Assembly (NCBI GenBank): GCA_031265035.1
Contig: JAISDE010000061.1
Location: 1 to 44,509 of the forward strand
DNA: 44,509 nt
Direction of reading: 5' to 3'
Source: Peptococcaceae bacterium
GTDB lineage: Bacteria; Bacillota; Peptococcia; DRI-13; UBA5745
The translations under genes were made by a program, and so were the position numbers. The notes below the pieces were generated by a model. It was not told where the DNA came from, did no database searches, and saw only the letters and a list, made by a program, of their open reading frames with translations. Of the stretch, positions 1 to 6,834 are shown piece after piece; the first letter of the stretch is position 1, and each line of letters starts with the position of its first letter.

Positions 1-800
1 ATTTTGGCATTATCCGTGCCGTCGAAATGTGTATTCGCGCCACAAATGCGTATTTCGGCCAAAATGCGCGCGATTTCTTCCATGTCCGGGATTATGACAG
101 GACCATTATCGGGGTACAACTTATTGAAAATGAGACAGCCGTAGGAGCCTGGCAACTTGCGTGACGCGAAGGCATCCTGATGCTTTTGCAGGAATCGCCA
201 CACTTTAGTCTTTTCCCAACCCCAACGACTGCCCAGGGTTTCCAGTGTCAGCGCGGCGCCGTATTGACCGTACTGGACAATCGGCGCCAAGTCAGAGAAG
301 ATATTGCGCGGATCTCGCCGAACCGTATGGCACCACAGGTCGAGCCAGGCGTCAGCTTCCTCAAAGGTATAGCCGCCCTCCGCGAGCCTTGCTGTGATAT
401 CGCGAGGGAGGCAGAGAAAGCCGTAGCCATCAGTCGCGTATACTGCGCCGGTGCCAAGACAGGGTTCGCCGGAGCATTTCATAACATAATCAAGGATTTT
501 GTAAGTGAGTTTTTTGGTTTTTGGGTCGAGGGTGTATTCGATATAGCCGAGGTAGGCGAGGGTATCTATGATTTCCAACGCCTTCCGGCGATTCTTAACG
601 CCGAGGATATTCTTCAGCCCGACCACGCCGCCCGACCATGTGCCCGCGGCGACTTTGTTGATATAGCCGCAGTATTTGGCCTGCCCTTGGCGAAACGCCG
701 CCTTTGTAGCCAACCGCGCCCAATAACCCATTACGCCCTTGCCGGCGGGCAGGTGGGTGCGCGGCAGCTTGACCCATTGGTATTTGAGCAGGCATTTCAT
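1..800 (-). CDS. hypothetical protein whose C-terminus lies beyond the left window edge; probable gene of an integrated element
   Basis: Absent from the ORF track because it has no stop inside the window. On the minus strand the ATG is the complement of 798-800 and GGAGA is the complement of 809-813 (8-nt spacer). I read all 266 codons down to position 3 and found no stop. Translation starts MKCLLKYQWVKLPRTHLPAGKGVMGYWARLATKAAFRQGQAKYCGYINK with ordinary composition. No family recognised. Confidence 0.6.
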   Translation of the reverse strand, partial: MKCLLKYQWVKLPRTHLPAGKGVMGYWARLATKAAFRQGQAKYCGYINKVAAGTWSGGVVGLKNILGVKNRRKALEIIDTLAYLGYIEYTLDPKTKKLTYKILDYVMKCSGEPCLGTGAVYATDGYGFLCLPRDITARLAEGGYTFEEADAWLDLWCHTVRRDPRNIFSDLAPIVQYGQYGAALTLETLGSRWGWEKTKVWRFLQKHQDAFASRKLPGSYGCLIFNKLYPDNGPVIIPDMEEIARILAEIRICGANTHFDGTDNAK

Positions 801-939
801 AGACGTAATCTCCTTGCGGCGTTATTTAGACAAAAGAAAAGAGCCGCCAATGTGGCAGCTCATGAGCGTCAATGTGCATATAAACGCGCGTATTCAGTTT
901 GATTTGATCTGTTATACGCGCTCGTATCCGGTCAGGTTT

Positions 940-1569
940 TCACTCTACCCAATTCAGCAGACTTCTTGTTAACATATAAACTGTTGTGCAGGATTCAAAG
1001 GCGGATGGCCTGGAAGGGACTGTGGCGGCAACATGACGCTCATATCCCAACCGTGAATGCACGATGGCCGTTTTTACCTTTTCCTCTGTCAAGAGCGCGT
1101 CGCAAACTTTCTTGACGGTGTCCCGGTTCTTATCATATGGAAAGACGAGCAACTTGCCCAATTCTTCTTTATATTTGTTCCGATGCAAGGAAGATTCCAA
1201 CAATCGGAAATGATTGATGAACCACACCTCAAACGCCTGATTGGAAAAAGCGGCGCCGATTTTATGCCGTCCTGCATAGGCGATGGCGTCGTCAAAGTCT
1301 GTGAAATCATCCTTATCGAACACGCACCAAACCGCGTTATAGTCCTCTTTCCGCTGCTGCGCCCTAATGGCATACGCTACGATCTGCATGGGACTTTTTG
1401 CCTCAACTGCCGTGATAACGCTGATATTTCCCAGCGATGGCCGGAATACCTGTTTGAAAAGGTCAAAATATATCTGTTCGGTTTGCCCGCCACAGACAAC
1501 CAACACTTCTTCTTTTGTCTGACGGAACGGGGATTTCCGGCGGTATCGGCTCTCACTCAAAGCTGTCAC
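940..1569 (-). CDS. RloB-like Toprim-type protein, putative nuclease partner of the upstream ABC-type ATPase
   Basis: 209-aa ORF. VLVVCGGQTEQIYF (conserved Glu) and VWCVFDKDDFTDFDD (DxD) fit the Toprim-like core of the RloB family as I remember it. It overlaps the ATPase stop by 17 nt (GTG 1567-1569, or TTG 1558-1560 after GAGGTGA), so translation is probably coupled. Confidence 0.8.
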   Translation of the reverse strand: MTALSESRYRRKSPFRQTKEEVLVVCGGQTEQIYFDLFKQVFRPSLGNISVITAVEAKSPMQIVAYAIRAQQRKEDYNAVWCVFDKDDFTDFDDAIAYAGRHKIGAAFSNQAFEVWFINHFRLLESSLHRNKYKEELGKLLVFPYDKNRDTVKKVCDALLTEEKVKTAIVHSRLGYERHVAATVPSRPSAFESCTTVYMLTRSLLNWVE

Positions 1570-2713
1570 CTCGGTTCAAATCGGGGATAGCGCCGTAAAC
1601 GCCCAACAGATACCGCTTGAGTATATCGCTGTTCTTGCGTACATCCTTGAAATCGCTAAGGGCGTACAGACTGCTGACACTGTGCTCATCTTTGTCCACG
1701 AACCATATCTGGTCGCGCCGGATATCCTCGTCCAGCAGCAAAACGTCGTGCGTGGCGCAGATAAGCTGCGCGTTCAGAGGGTTCCGGTCAATAGAATTGA
1801 TAAGCGCGATCAGATGCCGTACTAAAGCGGGATGCAGATGGAGATCCATCTCGTCTATCACGATCACCGCCGATTCGGTCAATGCCTTGGAAAAGGCGTC
1901 CGACAGATCAAGCATTCGCTTGGTTCCATCCGAAGAGTAATCCGCGAAAGGCACGTCTATGATTCGCCCCGTGTTCCAATCCTCGCCGTATACCTTGTGG
2001 GAGCTGAACAAAGCCCCGCCGGATTGCCGCTTCATCTCCAATATATCACCGTCAGCTTTCTGCACGAATGCCCGGGTGAAATCGCTGATTGCCTTCGGAG
2101 TCACAGCCGCGTCGCCGTTCAACCCGAAGATAATCAGTTTTCGTGATATCCAATCCACAATTTTGATGGCCAGTGAGTTGTTCGCGTAGGCGGCCCATGA
2201 TAGGAACAGCACATCGCCGCGCACATTCTTCCTCAGCGGCTCCACATCGGCCATGTCCGGAGTAAGGCGAATGTTGTCAAACTCGGGGGCCGTCCGTTCA
2301 AACACCACTGTCCGGCGTCGAGATTTCTTATACAGATGCTCTCGACTGATCTGTCCGGCAAGAATAGCAAAGCCATAGTCGTAGACTACGCCGTTTAGCA
2401 GGAATGATATTTCAAACCTGGTCGGCAGTTTCCCTGCGTCCTCCCGGAAGGTAAAGGGCTGACAGGTTTTGATATGCTCTGTTTGCACATCAATAGAAGA
2501 TACGATCATCTTTTTCATGTAGTACAAGGCATGGATCAAGTTTGACTTGCCGCCGGCGTTAGCGCCGTAAATCAGGACGCTTTTCAGCAAATCGTCATGC
2601 TCCGTGGGTATGACGTTGAACTCCCTGTGTTCCTTATCGCCGGTCGCGATCATGCTGAGGGAGGCCTCTCCCAGAAAAGACCGGAAATTCTCGACTGTAA
2701 ATCCAATCAACAT
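1553..2713 (-). CDS. soluble ABC-type ATPase (AAA_21 / OLD-, AriA-, RloA-like ATPase module)
   Basis: 386 aa with no TM segments. Motifs: N-terminal FTVENFRSF, Walker A GANAGGKSN, Walker B VIVIDEMDLHLHP, H-loop ICATHD. GAGGTGA lies 7 nt upstream of ATG 2711-2713. Confidence 0.85.
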   Translation of the reverse strand: MLIGFTVENFRSFLGEASLSMIATGDKEHREFNVIPTEHDDLLKSVLIYGANAGGKSNLIHALYYMKKMIVSSIDVQTEHIKTCQPFTFREDAGKLPTRFEISFLLNGVVYDYGFAILAGQISREHLYKKSRRRTVVFERTAPEFDNIRLTPDMADVEPLRKNVRGDVLFLSWAAYANNSLAIKIVDWISRKLIIFGLNGDAAVTPKAISDFTRAFVQKADGDILEMKRQSGGALFSSHKVYGEDWNTGRIIDVPFADYSSDGTKRMLDLSDAFSKALTESAVIVIDEMDLHLHPALVRHLIALINSIDRNPLNAQLICATHDVLLLDEDIRRDQIWFVDKDEHSVSSLYALSDFKDVRKNSDILKRYLLGVYGAIPDLNRGDSFE

Positions 2714-2734
2714 AGTTCAATCACCTCTGCGCCT

Positions 2735-2763
2735 ATTATATAACTTATCAAGTAAAATTGCAA
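2735..2763 (-). promoter_or_regulatory. SigA/sigma-70-type promoter of the ATPase-RloB operon
   Basis: Minus strand reads TTGCAA (2758-2763), 17 nt, TATAAT (2735-2740), about 20 nt upstream of the ATPase SD. A second TTGCAA lies just upstream. Confidence 0.6.
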
Positions 2764-2818
2764 TAGAATTGCAAAATAGTGATTTAAGAATTTATTTAGA
2801 TTTGGGTTGAGTGGTTAT

Positions 2819-3031
2819 CTACATCCTTACCGGCAGCCCCGGAAGATTCTTGGTCTTGATGCCGACAAGGAACCAGTCGTTGGCCTTTTCGATCCGCGTT
2901 AGAATCCATTCGCCGTCAATCAACACATCGAAAGTCTCTCCGCAATGCAGACCGCCATAGTAGTCCGTCAAACCGAAACGGATGTCTATGCGGCCTTGCT
3001 GCTTATCATAAATGAGCGTCCCAGTTTTCAT
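2819..3031 (-). CDS. DUF5348 family small protein
   Basis: MKTGTLIYDKQQGRIDIRFGLTDYYGGLHCGETFDVLIDGEWILTRIEK matches my memory of the ~70-aa DUF5348 family of Firmicutes. ATG 3029-3031 follows AAGGTG (complement of 3041-3046). The track's longer ORF starts at GTG 3043. Confidence 0.7.
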   Translation of the reverse strand: MKTGTLIYDKQQGRIDIRFGLTDYYGGLHCGETFDVLIDGEWILTRIEKANDWFLVGIKTKNLPGLPVRM

Positions 3032-3452
3032 AATTGAAATCACCTTATCCTTTCATGCTGTGCTATCCACCATTGAACATTATTAGCGGCTGTTCATCCT
3101 GCTAAAAAAACAGAAAACAGGTGTTCAGGTTTTCAAAAAGCTAAATTACTTACTTAATACTCAAATTATTTATAGCTAATTTTTTCAATCTATCTATTGA
3201 ATTTATGGATGCTATATGCTACTATAATCAAAGACCTAACGGGAGTTTCCATCCAAACCGAACGGAAATTCCCGTTAGCAAAAATGTGGAATCTGCTAAT
3301 AAACTGCTAAGTGGACGCCATAAAAACGATGATATTCGGGAGTACGCCAACGCACTTGGAAGTACACTCAGTTTCGGAAAACCTTGCGATTACAAGCATT
3401 TGCCGGTACTGTAGAGTGAGCCAGCGTACTCTGTAAAATACGTGGGGTTCAA

Positions 3453-3497
3453 CTCATAACCGGGTGGTCGCAGGTTCGAGTCCTGCAAGGCCCACCA
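3453..3497 (+). other. tRNA(CAU) 3' half (Met or Ile2 type) with CCA; att-like scar, not a functional tRNA
   Basis: CTCATAA (anticodon loop, CAU) CCGGG TGGTC GCAGG TTCGAGT CCTGC AAGGCCC A CCA. The 5 nt before the loop (TTCAA) cannot pair with CCGGG. No D arm and no GGGCCTT acceptor strand exist upstream. Confidence 0.75.
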
Positions 3498-3509
3498 TCG
3501 CGCTCATCG

Positions 3510-3549
3510 GAAACGCTGTAATATCAATGATTTGCGGCGTTTCTTTTTT
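3510..3549 (+). terminator. candidate rho-independent terminator after the tRNA fragment
   Basis: GAAACGC (3510-3516) pairs with GCGTTTC (3537-3543) and is followed by TTTTTT (3544-3549). The 20-nt loop is long, so confidence is moderate. Confidence 0.45.
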
Positions 3550-3572
3550 GTTTACCCCGTTTTATTACTGTT

Positions 3573-3893
3573 AGCGGCGCCGATTTTATGCCGCCCGGCA
3601 TAGGCGATGGCGTCGTCAAAGTCTGTGAAATCATCCTTATCAAACACGCGCCAAACCGCGTTATAGCTCTCTTTCCGCTGACGCGCCCTAATGGCATACG
3701 CCACGATCTGCATGGGGCTTTTTGCCTCAACTGCCGTGGTAACGCTGATATTCCCCAGCGATGGCCGGAATACCTGTTTGAAAAGGTCAAAATATATCTG
3801 TTCGGTTTGCCCGCCGCAGACGACAAGCACTTCTTCTTTTACTTGACGGAACGGGGCTTTCCGGCGATATCGGCTCTCACTCAAGGCTGTCAC
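3573..3893 (-). pseudogene. truncated second copy of the RloB-like gene (N-terminal ~107 codons only)
   Basis: ORF 3552..3893 matches residues 1-107 of the 940..1569 product with 6 substitutions by eye, then diverges. DNA homology to the intact copy begins at 3573 (AGCGGCGCCGATTTTATGCC). Confidence 0.85.
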
Positions 3894-4510
3894 CTCGGCT
3901 CAAATCGGGGATGGCGCCGTAGACGCCCAACAGATACCGCTTGAGTATATCGCTGTTTTGGCGTACATCCTTGAAATCGCTCAGGGCATACAGACTACTG
4001 ACGCTGTGCTCGTCTTTATCCACAAACCATATCTGGTCGCGTCGGATGCCCTCATCCAGCAGCAAAACGTCGTGCGTGACGCAGATAAGCCGCGCGTTCA
4101 ACGGGTTCCGGTCAATAGAATTGATAAGCGCGATCAAATGCCGCGCCAACGCGGGATGCAGATGAAGATCCATCTCATCTACAGATGCTCTCGACTGATC
4201 TGTCCGGCAAGAATAGCAAAGCCATAGTCGTAGACTACGCCGTTTAGCAGGAATGATATTTCAAATCTGGTCGGCAGCTTCCCCGCGTCCTCTCGAAAGG
4301 TAAAGGGTTGACAGGTCCTGATATGCTCCGTCTGCACGTCAATGGAGGATACGATCATCTTTTTCATGTAGTACAGGGCATGGATCAGGTTGGACTTGCC
4401 GCCGGCGTTCGCGCCGTAAATCAAAACGCTTTTCAGCAAATCGTTATGCTCTGCGGATATAACATTGAACTCCCTGTGTTCCTTGTCGCCGGTCGCGATC
4501 ATGCTGAGGG
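3877..4510 (-). pseudogene. decayed second copy of the ABC-type ATPase (5' truncation plus ~0.48-kb internal deletion)
   Basis: ORF 4179..4514 matches intact residues ~18-127 (5 differences). ORF 3877..4173 matches residues 289-386 (7 differences). The two are out of frame, with a stop at the junction near 4179-4181. Homology ends at 4510, so the first ~17 codons and the promoter are missing. Confidence 0.85.
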
Positions 4511-4514
4511 ACAC

Positions 4515-4558
4515 AAACTCTCCAACTCTCCAAACTCTCCAATTTCTCCAACTTCTCC
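4515..4558. repeat. five tandem 8-9-bp repeats, AA(A)CTCTCC-like
   Basis: AAACTCTCC AACTCTCC AAACTCTCC AATTTCTCC AACTTCTCC read directly. The array starts where ATPase-remnant homology ends and stops 1 nt before a -35 box. Confidence 0.8.
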
Positions 4559-4559
4559 A

Positions 4560-4588
4560 TTGACGGCGGGAGAAAAAGAGAGTATATT
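4560..4588 (+). promoter_or_regulatory. candidate promoter of the AlbA_2-family gene
   Basis: TTGACG (4560-4565), 17 nt, TATATT (4583-4588), 29 nt upstream of ATG 4617. Confidence 0.5.
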
Positions 4589-4616
4589 ATGGACAATATT
4601 CCGAGAGGGTGATTAC

Positions 4617-5975
4617 ATGATTGAAAATCAAACAGTTGAGTACAAACGTGAATATAATCAAAAAGCAAAAAATACAATGCTCGCGTTTCTGAATACGGAC
4701 GGAGGAACGCTTTACCTCGGCATAGACGATGACGCCTCTATATATGGTATAGATGGTGACATCGACATTGAAGCCCGGAGGGTTGCCAGTGGTTTCCGTG
4801 ATTCCGTAACGCCCGATCCATCCGGATATTTCAAAGTAGAGCCGGAAAAACGCGAGGGCAAATATATCATTTTAGTAACCGTGGAACGCGGTTCCGCTAT
4901 TCCCTACTGCTACGCCGCGGACGGTCTTGTCCCGAAAGGCGTCTATGTTCGTGTTGGCAGCAACACGGTGATGGCCACCCGTGAGCATATCCGCCAGATG
5001 ATTAAGGACAACGGCACAGGGCAGTTCATTTCCGAATTGTCGATTGAGCAGAGCCTTACATTCGAGTATGCTGATAGGATTTTCGCCGCGAAGGAAGTCA
5101 AATTCGGTAAGGAGCAAAAGCAGTCTCTTGGGCTGATACGTCCCGATGGGCGTTATACCAACCTTGCTTTGATTCTTTCCGACCAATGCCCCTATACCAC
5201 CAAGGCGGCTATTTTCGAGGGGCTAAACAAGGAGAAGTTCAAAGACCGTAAGGAGTTTACGGGCTCCCTGTTTAAGCAAATAGAAGATGTTCATACCTAT
5301 CTTCACGTTTTTAATCGGTCGCGCAGCACCTTTGAAGGCGCGTACAGGGTGGACCATCCCGATTACCCCGATGTCGCGATCCGGGAAGCGTATGTGAACG
5401 CCCTCATTCACAGGGACTACTATATTGAGGGCAGCGTTCTTGTCAGTATGTTCGGCGACCGCCTTGAGTTTATGTCTTTGGGCGGTGTGATGCCCGGCGT
5501 TACCCATGACTTAATGTTGGCCGGCGTATCGGTTACGAGGAATGAGAAACTGGCGCGAATCTTTTACCGGCTGAATATTATAGAGGCGTTCGGCACAGGT
5601 ATCCCCCGCATTTTCGGCGCGTATGAGCGCAGTGTCCGGCAGCCGGAAATACCTGTCGTGGACGGCGGGTTCCTTATTCGCGTTCCTAATATGAATTACA
5701 GTAACGGACAAGAGACAGCCAATGGTAAAACCGTTGGCATCACAAACGAGCAGCGCTTGCTTGCCACATTTGCCGATGCCAGTTTCAGCAAACAAGACGC
5801 GGCGGGGGTTCTCGGAATAACCGTAAGCGGCGCGTATAAGCTGTTGCAGCGTATGACGGAACAAGGCTTGCTTGTCGCATATAAAGAGGGCAAGCAATGG
5901 ATATACAGCGAACCGTCCAGCATGGCTAAGCTCATTACATCGGGTAAGCCTAAAGGGCGCAAGACTACACACTAA
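4617..5975 (+). CDS. AlbA_2 (Schlafen-like) + HATPase_c_4 + C-terminal wHTH protein, a putative transcriptional regulator often mis-annotated as RecG-like
   Basis: Start chosen at MIENQTVEYKREY (ATG 4617, GAGAGGGTGA upstream), the usual N-terminus of AlbA_2 proteins. The central segment VAIREAYVNALIHRDYYIEGSVLVSMFGDRLEFMSLGG...IIEAFGTGIPRIF is typical HATPase_c_4. The C-terminus is wHTH-like. The track's upstream extension (4308-4616) is antisense to the ATPase remnant. Confidence 0.8.
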   Translation: MIENQTVEYKREYNQKAKNTMLAFLNTDGGTLYLGIDDDASIYGIDGDIDIEARRVASGFRDSVTPDPSGYFKVEPEKREGKYIILVTVERGSAIPYCYAADGLVPKGVYVRVGSNTVMATREHIRQMIKDNGTGQFISELSIEQSLTFEYADRIFAAKEVKFGKEQKQSLGLIRPDGRYTNLALILSDQCPYTTKAAIFEGLNKEKFKDRKEFTGSLFKQIEDVHTYLHVFNRSRSTFEGAYRVDHPDYPDVAIREAYVNALIHRDYYIEGSVLVSMFGDRLEFMSLGGVMPGVTHDLMLAGVSVTRNEKLARIFYRLNIIEAFGTGIPRIFGAYERSVRQPEIPVVDGGFLIRVPNMNYSNGQETANGKTVGITNEQRLLATFADASFSKQDAAGVLGITVSGAYKLLQRMTEQGLLVAYKEGKQWIYSEPSSMAKLITSGKPKGRKTTH

Positions 5976-6070
5976 CTTCCGCTATCGTCCACTCAACGGA
6001 CAACACTCGAAATCATTTTGGCGTCTTCGTCAAAAAACCGTATGCGGATATGTTATCACGAGAAATCGCG

Positions 6071-6111
6071 AAACGCCGCCAATCATCAAAGGATTAGCGG
6101 CGTTTCTTTTT
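6071..6111. terminator. rho-independent terminator between convergent genes
   Basis: AAACGCCGC (6071-6079) pairs with GCGGCGTTT (6097-6105), with CTTTTT following on the + strand. Partial T-run on the other strand. Confidence 0.6.
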
Positions 6112-6134
6112 CGCCAGGGGCTTCTTCATGATCT

Positions 6135-6583
6135 TCATCGAACCACCCATTTCCCGCCTTTATTGGCGCCCTCTCGGTAAATAATTTGCCTTTGCTTGAG
6201 TTCGAAAATAACGCGGTCTACTGTCCGAGTGGCAATTCCGGTCTTTTCCGATATGCGTTTTTTGGAAATCGACGGATTCTCGCGCATACAGGAAACAATC
6301 TCCTAAGCGCCTCCGCTTGCCGCGCCGCTTCCGGATCGGTCAGGCTGTATTCCCGCTTGAGGTCGTCCGCGTTGACATAAGTTTCGAACACAGGCAGACC
6401 GCGCGTAAGCGTGCTTTTCCCGGAGCCGTTCGGTCCCGCGAACGCGAGAACCTTGGGCCGGCGCGTCACGTCAGCGCCCATTACCGACATATTCTTTTTT
6501 TCCATCCGCGTTTTCCAAATAGGCGCGACCGGTGGCGGCGTCATATCGCGCCACGGGGAAACCCCGGCTTTCGTTACACTCAT
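6135..6583 (-). pseudogene. chimeric remnant: N-terminal fragment of a zeta-toxin/COG4185-like P-loop protein joined out of frame to the C-terminal wHTH of an AlbA_2/HATPase_c_4-type regulator
   Basis: ORF 6218..6583 contains PKVLAFAGPNGSGKSTLTRGLPVFETYVNADDLKREYSL (Walker A), but only ~60 residues look native. A second minus-strand frame from ~6305 to stop 6135-6137 reads EIVSCMRENPSISKKRISEKTGIATRTVDRVIFELKQRQIIYREGANKGGKWVVR, a typical wHTH tail. Confidence 0.5.
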
Positions 6584-6674
6584 TCTATACTGTCCAATAA
6601 GTCAACCATTATGCGTCTGTTGTATGTGTTTTGGTATCATTTTGCAGACGGTCGAAGTTTGCTGACGGAATAAC

Positions 6675-6705
6675 TGTAATAGCGATTGTGTGTAATAGCG
6701 ATTGT
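6675..6705. repeat. 15-bp direct repeat x2 (TGTAATAGCGATTGT) abutting the kinase promoter
   Basis: Copies at 6675-6689 and 6691-6705, 1 nt apart. The second copy ends 1 nt before the -35 box. Confidence 0.85.
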
Positions 6706-6706
6706 A

Positions 6707-6735
6707 TTGCAAAACACCCCGGGCGGCTGTATAAT
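6707..6735 (+). promoter_or_regulatory. candidate promoter of the two-component operon
   Basis: TTGCAA (6707-6712), 17 nt, TATAAT (6730-6735), ~100 nt upstream of ATG 6835. Confidence 0.6.
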
Positions 6736-6754
6736 TTCAACGCGCCGGTCAACA

Positions 6755-6798
6755 AAATTTATCGCGAAATTTATCGCGTGGGGTATTATGGGGTATTA
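6755..6798. repeat. two back-to-back tandem duplications in the kinase leader
   Basis: AAATTTATCGCG x2 (6755-6766, 6767-6778) followed immediately by TGGGGTATTA x2 (6779-6788, 6789-6798). Confidence 0.85.
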
Positions 6799-6834
6799 AA
6801 ACGCGACAGGATCAGAAGAAGGAGGCGCCCGCGC

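Noticed and set aside
180-902. 240-aa + strand ORF (MLLQESPHFSLFPTP...)
   Set aside because: It lies antisense to a better minus-strand frame (1..800) that has an SD, an ATG and normal composition. There is no SD upstream, and the sequence is Arg/Ala/Gly-rich like a shadow ORF.
3205-3414. 69-aa ORF in the AT-rich spacer
   Set aside because: No Shine-Dalgarno sequence and no recognisable family. The strong hairpin at 3238-3276 sits inside it, so a coding role is unsupported.
3421-3497. Possible complete tRNA gene
   Set aside because: Only the 3' 45 nt fold. There is no 5' acceptor strand, D arm or 5' anticodon stem, so I treat it as an att-type fragment.
4308-4616. N-terminal 103-codon extension of the AlbA_2 ORF in the track
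   Set aside because: It is antisense to the ATPase remnant and runs through the tandem repeat and the predicted promoter. The family-typical N-terminus and SD are at 4617.
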